The notes beneath the pieces were generated by a model. The model was not told the origin of the DNA, made no database searches, and saw only the letters and a program-made list of their open reading frames with translations. The position numbers and the translations under genes were made by a program. A DNA stretch of 53,479 bases, counting the filler, from Squatina squatina (taxonomy: Eukaryota): the NCBI GenBank assembly GCA_031763465.1. It is 2 parts of 2 records of this genome, joined end to end, with 100 filler letters (N's around TTAATTAATTAA, not from the genome) between each part and the next. Parts side by side here need not be neighbours in the genome. Positions count along the whole stretch, not along the records: positions 1 to 22,391 come from JARFOE010000057.1; 1 more part is not named here. One strand, written 5' to 3'. Positions 1 through 11,541 of this stretch are shown here, piece after piece; position 1 is the stretch's first letter, and every line of letters starts with the position of its first letter.

Positions 1-83
1 TATGGATGCTCTGCTGAGTCGGGGTGGGATGTTTGTCAAAATTGGTGGTGGGAGATCTAATAATCTGCTTGGCTTTATTGTAG

Positions 84-170
84 GTCCCTCTCGAGGGATC
101 GTAGGAGAGAGAGGTCCCTCTCCAGGGAGAGGAACCACAAACAATCTCGCTCGTTCTCCAGGTCTCGCAG
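84..170 (+). CDS. SRSF3: SRSF3 (SRp20) penultimate coding exon, RS domain
   Basis: ttgtag|G...CGCAG|gtaagt, 87 bp; translates (R)[28 protein letters not shown](S), nearly identical to the recalled human SRSF3 C-terminal region. Confidence 0.95.
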
Positions 171-689
171 GTAAGTTGGAATAGACACTTACACTGACGG
201 GAAACTTGAGTAGATTAGTGCTACAAAAATACTGATGCTAGAGTAATGGAAGGTTGATTCTTTCACCTTGTATACTATCCCACTGCAATGAGGTACTATT
301 GCCGTTTGGGTGGCTCTAGATTCCTTTTTAATGCAACAGAACATGAGTTTAGCTTGTGCTGGTGGTATCTGGTCATAACTGCTATAAGGACATTCAGTGT
401 ATTAATTCTGATAGCCTGTATTGGGATAACTGCATCCTTCTGATTAGTATCCAGGAATAGCAGGCATTTTGGGATATATGAAAATTCATTTGAGATTCTC
501 AGTGTAATTTTAATTAAACCAGAGGGTATTCATGTGGATGGGGTGGAGCTGAATTGTTTTGTCAACTGGAAGATGAATAAAATGGGTCAGGGTGCTGTGT
601 GTGCAAGCTCACTCTGCAGGTATCAAGCAATGGAATCTTCAAGTGCAACAAAACTAAGCTGTTCTAAACCTGTATTTCTCTTGTTTTAG

Positions 690-717
690 CCGCTCCAGGT
701 CAAACGATAGGAAGTGA
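690..717 (+). CDS. SRSF3: SRSF3 last coding exon, followed by 3' UTR
   Basis: ttgttttag|C CGC TCC AGG TCA AAC GAT AGG AAG TGA = (S)RSRSNDRK*; human ends RSRSNERK*; phase matches the previous exon. Confidence 0.93.
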
Positions 718-1826
718 TCTGAAGCATAAAGGCCTTTGTGAAGATCTATGTACAGACTGTCGGAGTTGTTAAGAATGTGATTTGCATTTGTTTAATACTC
801 TTAAGACGTGTAGTTCATTGCATTTTTTACCCTATTTTAGCCGTTCATTGTTTTTCTTTTCATGTATTCTATAATGTAACCAGTGATAAGATTTTCAAAT
901 GCAGAAATTGTCAAACCTGTGAATTATGGGCAGAGTTGAGGGTTTTATAAAGGTGGAATTGTATTGTGGGCAGACCACTGATTGCTTACCTACTAGTTAG
1001 TCTTCATCTGTTGCTGAATTCCATAAGCTTGTCCATCTCCAGCCAATCTGATGGAAGCAATCCCCTGCCATCCCCAAGAACATCTGACCAGCAGCAGTTT
1101 TAGTTCATTTCTTGATTTCTGGCAGACAGCAATTCTAAGCCTTGTAGGCTTTTTAACACAACTTTGGCAGTGTGGTGTTTTAAGATGTGCCATGCCATCT
1201 GTGGGTTATGGGCTGAGTGAGGGTTTCTTTGTATTTAATAGTTTTTCATGTGTGTTTTCTAAAATACCTGCAAGCAGATACCTAAACTGTGGCATTATTT
1301 GTAAATCCTGCACTTGTTGTGGTAGAGTCCAGTTATGTGCAGTGCTTTGGGATATCACGAACGGGGATAGTTTATGTAATGAACACATTGGAATGTATTT
1401 GCAATATTCTTGTCTTGTGTATGAAGAATGTGTTCTTTGACATTCAGTAGAAATTACAATATTATCTTGAAGGCAAAGGGCGTGGATTCTTGTATGCTTT
1501 GACATTGATTGGCTTGCTAGCTCCTACCCTGATAGAGGAAGAATTGAATTTAGACATTCTGCAAAGTGACATTTGCTACCAGCCTATTAAAATTTCCTGC
1601 ATGAATATCACATACTGGCTGCAGCCCAAGAGGTTTTAATTTGAGATCTGGAGTGTTGGGTAGATGTTTGACCTGGTTAGCTTTGAGTTGTGTGCTCACA
1701 TCCACAGATTAGAGAGCTGCCATTTCNNNNNNNNNNNNNNNNNNNNNNNNNNNNNNNNNNNNNNNNNNNNNNNNNNNNNNNNNNNNNNNNNNNNNNNNNN
1801 NNNNNNNNNNNNNNNNNNNNNNNNNN

Positions 1827-3579
1827 GGAGGTGTTGGTTGTCGGGTGACGTACCTCAGTCACGGTGTACAGAATGTATGGGTTGTAGGGTGCGGTACGTC
1901 AGTCACTCCGCACAGACGGTATGTGTTGTAGGATGACGTACCTCAGTCACTGTGTACAGAATGTATGGATTGTAGGGTGATGTACATCAGTCACTCTGCA
2001 CAGACGGTATGGTTTGTAGGGTGATTTACTTCAGTCACTGTGTACAGGAGGTATGGGTTGTAGGGTGACGTACTTCAGTCACTGTGTGCAGAATGTATGG
2101 GTTGTAGGGTGACGTACTTCAGTAACTGTCTACAGAAGGTATGGGTCGTAGGGTGACGTACCTCAGTCACTGTGTACAGAAGGTATGGGTTGGAGGGTAA
2201 CACACCTCAGTCACTGTGTACAGGAGGTAGGGGTTGCAGGTTGATGTAGCTCAGTTACTGTGTACAGGATATATGGGTTGTAGGGTGATTTACTTCAGTC
2301 ACTGTGTACAGGATATATGGGTCATCGAGTGATTTACTTCAGTCACTGTGTACAGGGGGTGTTGGTTGTCGGGTGACGTACCTCAGTCACTGTGTACAGA
2401 ATGTATGGGTTGCAGGGTGACGTACCTCATTCACCGTGTACAGAATGTATGGGTTGTAGGGTGATGTACCTCAGTCACTGTGTACAGCATGTATGGGTTG
2501 TCGGGTGACGTACCTTAGTCACTGTGTACAGGAGATATGTGTTGTTGGATGATGCACCTCAGTTACTGTGTACAGAACATATGGGATGTAGGGTGATGTA
2601 CCTCAGTCACATTGTGTACAGGAGGTTTGGGTTGTAGGGTGACGTACCTCAGTCACTGTGTACAAAAGATATGCGTTTTAGGGTGATATACCTTATTCAC
2701 TGTGTACAGAAGGTATGGATTGTATGGTGACATACCTCATTCACTCTGTACAGATGCTATGGCATTTAGGGTGAGGTACCTCAGTCACTGTGTTCAGACA
2801 GAATGGGTTGTCAGGTGACATACCTCAGTCACTGTGTACAGAATGTATGGGTTGCAGGGTGATGTACTTCAGTCACTGTGTACAGGAGGTTTGGGTTTTA
2901 TGGTGACGTACCTCAGTAACTGTGTACAGAATGTATGTGTTGTAGGGTGCGGTACGTCAGTCACTTTGCACAGATGCTACGTGTTGTAGGATGACGTACC
3001 TCAGTCACTGTGTACAGAAGGTATGGGTTGTCGGGTGATGTATCTCAATCACATTGTGTACAGGAGGTTTGGGTTGTATGGTGACGTACTTCGGTCACTG
3101 TGTACAGGATATATGGGTGGTAGGGTGACGTACCTCAGTCACTGTGTACAGAAGGTATGGGTTGGAGGGTGACGTACCTCAGTAACTGTGTACAGAATGT
3201 ATGGATTGTAGGGTGCTGTACGTCAGTCACTCTGCACAGACGGTATGGTTTGTGGGGTGATTTACTTCAGTCACTGTGTACAGGAGGTATGGGTTGCAGG
3301 GTGACGTACATCAGTCACTGTGTACAGGAGGTATGGGTTGTCGGGTGACGTACCTCAGTCATTGTGTGCAGAATGTATGGGTTGTATGGTGACGTACCTC
3401 AGTCACTGTGTACAGACGGTATGGGTCGTAGGGTGACGTACCTCAGTCATTGTGGACAGGATATATGGGTTGTAGTGTGATTTACTTCAGTGACTGTGCA
3501 CGGGAGGTGTTGGTTGTCGGGTGACGTACCTCAGTCACGGTGTACAGAATGTATGGGTTGTAGGGTGCGGTACGTCAGT
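1827..3579. repeat. 44-bp minisatellite/satellite array, about 40 copies
   Basis: Consensus TGACGTACCTCAGTCACTGTGTACAGAATGTATGGGTTGTAGGG repeated head to tail across the whole contig. Confidence 0.97.
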
Positions 3580-3679
3580 NNNNNNNNNNNNNNNNNNNNN
3601 NNNNNNNNNNNNNNNNNNNNNNNNNNNNNNNNNNNNNNNNNNNNNNNNNNNNNNNNNNNNNNNNNNNNNNNNNNNNNNN

Positions 3680-4690
3680 TCCAAGGCAAAGTGGCATGTC
3701 GGATCCAAAATTGGCTCAGAGGCAGAAAGCAAAGGGTAAAGGTCGATGGGTGTATTTGTTACTGGAAAGCTGTTTCCAGTGGGGTTCCGCAGGGCTCAGT
3801 ACTAAGTCCCTTGCTTTTTGTGGTATAGATCAATGATTTGGACTTGAATGTAGGAGATATGATTAAGAAGTTTGCAGAAGATACAAAAATTGGTTGTGTG
3901 GTTGAAAAGGAAGAAGAAAGCCGTAGACTGTAGGAAGATATCAATGAAGTGGTCAGGTGGGCAGGACAGTGACAAGAGCTAACAAGGCAAGGGAATGTAC
4001 AATAAATGGTAGAATACTGAAGTGCTGAGGAACAGTGGGACCTTGGTGTGCATGTCCACAGATTCCGGAAGGTAGCAGGACAGGTGGAAAGGAAGGCATA
4101 TGGAATACTTGCCTGTATCAGCCAGGGCATAGAATATAAGAGCATGGAGGTTATGCTTGAACTGTATAAAACGCTAGTTATGCCACAGCTAGAGTGCCGC
4201 ATGCAGTTACAGGAAAGATGTGATTGCACTAGAAGGGATACAGAGGAGATTTACCAGGATGTTGCCCGCACTGGAGAATTTTAGCTATGAGGAAAGACTG
4301 GATAAGGTTGGGCTGTTTTCTTTGGAGCAGAGGAGGCCGAGGGGAGACCTAATTGAGCTATATAAAATTACGAGGGGCCTAGATAGCGTGGATAGAAAGG
4401 ACCTAATCCGCTTGGCTGAGGGGTCGATAACCATGGGGCATAGATTTAGGGCAACAGGTAGGAGGTTTAGAGGGGATTCATGGGGAAGCTCTTTCACGCA
4501 AGGTGGTGGGGATCTGGAACTCGCTGCCTGAAAGGGTGGTAGAGGCAGAAACACTCATAACATTTAAAAAGAACCTGGATGTGCACTTAAAGTGCTGTGG
4601 CCTACAGGGCTACAGACCAAGAGTCGGAAAGTGGGATTCGGCCGGCAAGGACACAATGGCCTCCTTCCGTGCTATAAATGTCTATGATTG
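3680..4690 (+). mobile_element. CR1-clade LINE, degenerate 3' part of ORF2 (RT) plus 3' tail
   Basis: IQNWLRGRKQRV...SGVPQGSVLSPLLF, KFAEDTK, LEGIQRRFTRMLP, LFSLEQRRPRGDLIE; stops and frameshifts present. Confidence 0.93.
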
Positions 4691-4694
4691 TCAG

Positions 4695-5040
4695 TTATTG
4701 GGAGATTTGATCGACTGTTCAAAAAAAATCATGAAGCGTTTTAATAGAATAAATAAGGAAAAGCGGTTTCCAATGGCAGCAGGGTCAGTAACCAGAGGAC
4801 AGATTTAAGGTGAATGGCAAGATGAGAAGAATATGTTTTACACAGTGAGTTGTAACCTGGAATGTGCTACCTGAAAGGGCGGTGGAAGCAGATTCAATAG
4901 TAACTTTCAAAAGGGAATCGATAAATACTTGAAGGGAAAAAAATTACAGGGCTATGGGGAAACAGCAGGGGAGTGGGACTAATTGGATTGCTCTACCAAT
5001 AAGAGCACAGGCACAATGGGCAGAATGGCCATGATTCTTA
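4695..5040 (+). mobile_element. CR1 LINE 3' fragment
   Basis: Typical CR1 3' end (tggaatgtgctacctgaaagggcggtggaagcagattcaatagtaactttcaaaaggga...gggcagaatggcc). Confidence 0.85.
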
Positions 5041-5189
5041 GTTAGTCTTACCTCGCATGAAGGTAAACTTCTAGAACGGGATGAAATTAATGGACACTTA
5101 GTGAGGCATGGGCTTAGTTAGTGTTGGTAAGTGATTGACCATACCTAGCCGATAAATGAACACCAGCAATCCTTTAGGAAGTAAACACA

Positions 5190-5340
5190 TCAACAACTTG
5201 CATTTATCCAGCACTGTTAATGTAGGAAAATATCCCTAAGCTTCACAGGAGCTTAATCAGAAAAAAATTGTCACCAGGCCAAAGGAGGAGATATTAGGAT
5301 ATATGACTAAAAGCTTGGTCAAATTGGTAGGTTTCAAACA
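5190..5340 (-). mobile_element. L2-type LINE 3' tail fragment
   Basis: Reverse complement resembles the tail at 7855-7935 and 40905-40990 (…aaatgcaagttgttg end). Confidence 0.6.
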
Positions 5341-5919
5341 GTTAAAGTGCTCGACAACAATAACTGGTCCCTGTCTGATGGAATTCCACCCGCAGAGCCC
5401 AGGCCTACAAAACGGGGATGTGTCTTTCTCCTATGGCAGCTTTGGAATAAGGGCAGTCTTCAGAGAAACGGACTCTTATCTAGTTTACGCCCCCTTTTTT
5501 TTTTTAAAAAAGCTCCCTGCTGAAGCACTGATGTCAAATGGCTAGAGATGAAGCACACTTTAGCTCCCAATTTCCAACATAAATCTTAAATACAAGATCA
5601 GAATCTACACCCCTACAGCCATTCTGGTTGACAAGTTGGTGCTTGTGAGATTAAGTTCACTTTGCTCCAGGGTGAAGAGTACAGAAGCTAACTCTACAAG
5701 GTGCCATCACGGACAGGTACTTACCCTTAAAGTTAGACTACCCTCCCATGTCCAGAAACTAACTTCCCTCCCCCCGCCCAAAGGTCTATGCTGAACAGCA
5801 GTGGTGTCCCAAGAAACCCNNNNNNNNNNNNNNNNNNNNNNNNNNNNNNNNNNNNNNNNNNNNNNNNNNNNNNNNNNNNNNNNNNNNNNNNNNNNNNNNN
5901 NNNNNNNNNNNNNNNNNNN

Positions 5920-7111
5920 ATGGAGACATTAACTCTCTGGGTCATTGTTTGTATTAATGGAGACAGTAACTCTCGGGGTCAGTGTTTGTATTAATGAACA
6001 CATAACTCTCAGGGTCAGTTTTTGTATTAATGGAGACAGTAACTCCGGGGTCAGTGCATGTGTTAATGCAGAACCACTCTAGGTATCAGTGTGTGTGTTA
6101 ATGGAGACAGCAACTCTCAGGGTCACAGAAGCGAAATACTGCGGATGCTGGAATCTAGAATACAAACAAAAAATTCAGGAAAAACTCAGCAGGTCAGGCA
6201 GCAGCTGTGGAGAGAAAAACAGAGTAAACGTTTCGGGTCGATGACCCTTCGTCAGAGATCTCAGAGACAATGTGTATGTTAATGGGGACAGTAACTCTCT
6301 GGGTCAGTGTGTGAATGCAGACAGTTACTCTCGGTCAGTGTGTGTTTTAACGCGGAAAGTAACACTGGGGGTCAGTGTGTTTGTTAATGGAGACAGTAAC
6401 TCTCGGGGTCAGTGTTTGTATTAATGGAGACAATAACTCTTGGGGTCAGTGTTTGCGTTAATGGAGACAGTAACTCTGGCGGTCATTGTTTGCATTAATG
6501 GACAGAGTACCTCTCAGGGTCAGTGTGTATGTTACTGGAGACAGTAACTCCAGGGGTCAGCGTGTGAATGCAGACAGTTACTCTCAGTCAGTGAGTGTGC
6601 TAACGCGGACAGTAACACTCGTGGTCAGTGTGTTTGTTAATGGAGACAGTAACTCTCGGGGTCAGTGTTTGTAGTAATGGAGACAATAAATCTTGGGGTC
6701 AGTGTTTGCGTTAATGGAGACAGTAAATCTCGGGGTCATTGTTTGTATTAATGGACATAGTAAATCTTGGGGTCAGTGTGTGTGTTAATGGAGACATTAA
6801 CTTTAGGTTCAATATGTATGTTAATAGAGACAGTAACTCGAGGGTTCATTGTTTGTATTAATGGACACAGTAACTCGAGGGGACATGTGTGTGTTAATGG
6901 AGGCAGTAATTATCAGGCTCAGAGTTTGTATTAATGGAGACAGTAACTCTCGGTCATTGTGTGAGTTGATAGAGACAGTAACTCTCGGGGTCATTGTTTG
7001 TATGAATGGACACGGCAAATAAGGGGTCAGTGTGTGTGTTAATGGAGACAGTAACTCTTGGGGTCAGAGTTTGTATTAATGGAGACAGTAACTCTCGAGG
7101 TCAGTGTGTGT
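5920..7111. repeat. ~37-bp minisatellite array
   Basis: Consensus GTATTAATGGAGACAGTAACTCTCGGGGTCAGTGTTT; period 37 (5951 to 5988); interrupted by an insert at 6126-6256. Confidence 0.95.
6126..6256 (-). mobile_element. Short interspersed repeat, probably Penelope-like-element derived, with a hammerhead-like core
   Basis: Non-satellite insert homologous to 28737-28960; minus strand reads CTGACGA-A-GGGTC-ATC-GACCC-GAAAC. Confidence 0.65.
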
Positions 7112-7299
7112 NNNNNNNNNNNNNNNNNNNNNNNNNNNNNNNNNNNNNNNNNNNNNNNNNNNNNNNNNNNNNNNNNNNNNNNNNNNNNNNNNNNNNNNNN
7201 NNNNNNNNNNNCTCTTATGCTGATCAGTTAGCCCAGCGCGCCCGCTAGGGGCTAATCTTGCCAATCTCCTCCCTGTCCAACTCAGCCCTCCCAGTGCTG

Positions 7300-7935
7300 A
7301 CCCTGTGGACTCTGCCATTGGATCAGCTATCATCATCCCTCTGTTTCTCTCTCCAGAATGTCCGTTCCCTTGTGAACAAGGCCCTCGCCACCCATGAGTT
7401 TATTGTGGATGATTGTATCGACATCATGACCTTGACAGAAACATGGCTGAGGGGCGATGACACCTTTCCCCTAAATGAAGCCTCCCCCTCTGGCTATACT
7501 GTTCACTACTTGTCCTGCTCAGACTGCCAGGGTGGCAGTGTGGTTCTTATCATCAAATCCCACGTTGGTCTGTCCCCCTACTCCACTAGCGCTTTCTCCT
7601 CCTTTGAGCATTTAACCTTGTTCCACCCCTCTCACTTCTCACTTGAAATCCTCATTCTCTACAGCCCAAAGTACCATAAAAATTTTCTCACCGAGATATC
7701 TTAATTGCTTTCAACCCTCAGCCTCTGCATTAAGTGACTTCTCATTCTTGGGTGATTTCAAACTCCATCTGAATTCATCATGCTCTCTCTCCTCTGAGTT
7801 CACTGCCCTCCTATCCTCCCTTAATCTCTCCCTCCATGTAAATTCCCACCCCATATTCGGTGTCAAATTTTTTTTCATAGCGCTCCTGTGAAGTGCCGGG
7901 ATGTTTTACCAGGTTAAAGGCACTATATAATTGTT
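7300..7935 (+). mobile_element. Degenerate L2/CR1-group LINE: APE endonuclease fragment joined to a 3' tail
   Basis: LQNVRSLVNK...LTETWL...GGSVVLIIK...LGDFKLH endonuclease motifs with stops, then tail cgctcctgtgaagtg...ggttaaaggcactatataa. Confidence 0.8.
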
Positions 7936-8535
7936 CATTTCCATGTTTAACTGCACATGTGCAGTCACTTAAGTTGCTGTCCAAGTTACTCTTTAATAAC
8001 AGTGATGTTCATAGCCTCACCATTATTTCTACTGCAACATCTGCGCCAATATATTACAAACATAAAGGAAAAAACAAGTAATAATTACATATGTTGCAGT
8101 CACAGCTCACCACACAGTGCCACAGTGGTAGAAATAAGGTTACACTATTATATAGCCCATTGGTCTGCACAACTGGGTTTACTTTCACCAGCCCAGTNNN
8201 NNNNNNNGAACCAAGAGACAGGACTCAGAATCTTCTTGGTCTTCTTTGATTTGAACAATGGAAGATTTTCAGAGGGAGGAAATGCCACTTGGATTTGTTG
8301 AACTCAGCGGCCCTGAATTTCCTCATTGTGAATATAACTGTTTATTGTTACATCTGCCACTGGCCTCCAGAGGGAGACAAATACAAGAAGGTCTGAGATA
8401 GGTTTCCAGTGCATGTGTGTAAAAACATGGGGGGANNNNNNNNNNNNNNNNNNNNNNNNNNNNNNNNNNNNNNNNNNNNNNNNNNNNNNNNNNNNNNNNN
8501 NNNNNNNNNNNNNNNNNNNNNNNNNNNNNNNNNNN

Positions 8536-11500
8536 CTGCTACTCCACTTCGTCCTGCTCCCCCTGCTACTCCTGCTTTTCCTGCTACTCCTGTTCCTCCT
8601 ACTACTCCTGCTACTCCTGTTCCTCCTGTTCCTCCTGCCAATCCTGCTACTCCTGTTTCTCCTGTTTCTCCTGTTCCTCCTGTTCCTCCTGCTCCTCTTG
8701 CTATTCCTGCTCCTTCTGCTACTCCTGTTCCTCCTGCTACACCTCTTCGTCCTGCTCCCCCTGCTACTCCTGCTTTTCCTGCTACTCCTGCTTTTCCTGC
8801 TACTCCTGCTACTCCTGTTCCTCCTACTACTCCTGCTACTCCTGCTCCTCCTGCTACTGCTGCTCCTCCTGCCAATCCTGCTACTCCTGCTCCTCCTGTT
8901 TCTCCTGTTGCTTCTGTTGCTCCTGTTCATCCTGCTCCTCTTGCTACTCCGGCTCCTCCTGTTTCTCCTGCTACTCCTCTTCCTCCTGCTACTCCTGCTC
9001 CTCATGTTCCACCTCTTAATCCTGTTCCTCCTGCTACTCCTTTTCCTCCTGCTCCTTCTGTTCTCCTGCTACTCCTGTTCCTCCTGCTGATCCTGCTACT
9101 CCTGTTCCTCCTGCTACTCCTGTTCCTCCTGCTACTCCAGCTACTCCTGTTCCTCCTGCTCTTCCTGCTGCGCCTCTTAATCCTGTTCCTCCTGCTACTC
9201 CTGTTCCTCCTCTTCCTCCTGCTACTCCACTTCGTCCTGCTCCTACTGCTACTCCTGCTACGCCTGTTACTCCTGCTCCTCATGGTCCTCCTGCTTGTCC
9301 TGGTACTCATGTTCCTCCTGCTACTCCTGTTCCTCCAGCTCCTCCTGTTACGACTCTTAATCCTGCTCCTCCTGCTACGCCTGCTCCTCCTGCGACTCCT
9401 CTTCATCCTGCTACTCCTCTTCATCCTGCTGCTCCTGTTCCTCCTGCTACTCCTCTTCATCCTGCTACTCCTGCTCCTCCTGCTCCTACTGTTGCTCCTG
9501 CTACTCTTCATCCTGCTACTCCTGTTCCTCCTGCTACTCCTGTTCCTCCTGCTGCTCCTGCTACTCCTGCTACTCCTGCTGTTCCTGTTCCTCCTGCTAC
9601 TTCTGTTCCTCCTGCTCTTCCTGCTGCGCCTCTTAATCCTGTTCCTCCTGCGACTCCTGCTACACCTGCGACTCCTGCTCCTCCTGCTGCTCCTGTTCAT
9701 CCTGCTCCTACTGCTACGCCTGTTACTCCTGCTACTCATGTTCCTCTTGCTGCTCCTGTTCCTCCTGCAACACTTCATTCTGTTCCTGCTGCTCCTCCTG
9801 CTACTGCTGTTCCTCCTGTTCCTCCTGCTCCTCTTGCTAATCCTGTTCCTCCTGCTGCTCCTGTACCTCCTGCTACTCATGTTCCTCCTGCTCCTCCTGT
9901 TCCTCCTGCTCCTCCTTCTACTCCTCTTCATCCTGCTACTCCTGTTCCTCCTGCTACTCCTCTTCGTCCTGCTCCTCCTGTTCCTCCTGTTCCTCTTGCT
10001 CTTCCTGTTCCTCCTGCTACTCCTGCTCCTTCTGCTACTCCTGTTCCTCCTGCTACTCCACTTCGTCCTGCTCCCCCTGCTACTCCTGCTTTTCCTGCTA
10101 CTCCTGTTCCTCCTACTACTCCTGCTCCTCCTGCTACTGCTGCTCCTCCTGCCAATCCTGCCAATCCTGCTACTCCTGCTCCTCCTGTTTCTCCTGCTCC
10201 TCCTGTTCCTCCTGTTCCTCTTGCTATTCCTGTTCCTCCTGCTACTCCTGCTCCTTCTGCTACTCCTGTTCCTCCTGCTACACCTCTTCGTCCTGCTTTT
10301 CCTGCTACTCCTGCTTTTCCTGCTACTCCTGATTTTCCTGCTACTCCTGCTACTCCTGTTCCTCCTACTACTCCTGCTCCTCCTGTTCCTCCTGTTCCTC
10401 CTGCTACTGCTGCTCCTCCTGCCAATCCTGCCAATCCTGCTACTCCTGCTACTCCTGTTTCTTCTGTTGCTTCTGTTGCTCCTGTTGCTTCTGTTGCTCC
10501 TGTTCATCCTGCTCCTCTTGCTACTCCGGCTCCTCCTGTTTCTCCTGTTTCTCCTGCTACTCCTGTTCCTCCTGCTACTCCTGCTCATCATGTTCCACCT
10601 CTTAATCCTGTTCATCCTGCTAATCCTGCTCCTTCTGTTCCTCCTGTTCCACCTGCTACTCCTGCTACTCCTGTTCCTCCTGCTACTCCTGCTACTCCTG
10701 TTCCTCCTGCTCTTCCTGCTGCGCCTCTTAATCCTGTTCCTCCTGCTACACCTGCGACTCATGTTCCTCCTGTTCCTCCTGTTCCTCCTGCTGCTCCTGC
10801 TACTCCTGTTCCTCCTGCTCCTCCTGCAACTCCTGTTCCTCCTCTTCCTCCTGCTACTCTTCTTCGTCCTGCTCCTACTGCTGCTCCTGCTACGCCTGTT
10901 ACTCCTGCTCCTCATGGTCCTCCTGCTTGTCCTGGTACTCCTGGTACTCCTCTTCCTCCTGCTAATCCTGTTCCTCCAGCTCCTCCTGTTACGACTCTTA
11001 ATCCTGTTCCTACTGATAATCCTGCTTCTCTTGCTGCTCCTGCTCCTCCTGCTACTCCTCTTTATCTTGCTACTCCTCTTTATCTTGCTACTCCTCTTTA
11101 TCCTGCTACTCCTCTTCATCCTGCTCCTCCTGTTGCTCCTGCTACTCCTCTTCCTCCTGTTACTCCTCTTCCTCCTGCTACTGCTGTTCCTCCTGCTGCT
11201 CCTGCTACTCCTGCTGCTCCTGCTGCTCCTGTTCCTCCTGCTACTCCTGTTCCTCCTGCTACTTCTACTCCTGTTCCTCCTGCTCTTCCTGCTGCGCCTC
11301 TTAATCCTTTTCCTCCTGCTACTCCTGTTCCTCCTGCGCCTCCTGCTGCACCTGCGACTCCTGCTCCTCCTGCTGCTCCTGTTCCTCCTGTTCCTCCTGC
11401 TACTCCTCTTCGTCCTGCTCCTACTGCTACTCCTGCTACACCTGTTACTCCTGCTACTCCTGCACCTCCTGCTGCTCCTGTTCCTCCTGCAACACTTCAT

Positions 11501-11541
11501 TCTGTTCCTGCTGCTCCTCCTGCTACTGCTGTTCCTCCTGC
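8536..11541. repeat. 3-kb degenerate CCT/GCT/ACT/GTT triplet-based low-complexity array with internal block duplications
   Basis: Recurrent CTCCTGCTA/CTCCTGTTC units; the rare motif ctgcaacacttcattctg occurs near 9765 and 11488. Confidence 0.95.

Noticed and set aside
718-1726. Short ORFs (738-950, 1051-1440, 1206-1505) as genes
   Set aside because: They lie in the presumed SRSF3 3' UTR or downstream flank and resemble no protein I recognise
1827-7111. 44-bp and 37-bp arrays as CRISPR-like repeat-spacer arrays
   Set aside because: Monomers are contiguous with no unique spacers, there are no cas genes, and the context is a vertebrate genome; these are minisatellites
8350-8380. CTCF-like motif tggcctccagagggagac
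   Set aside because: A single imperfect match on a tiny contig cannot be supported without ChIP or conservation data
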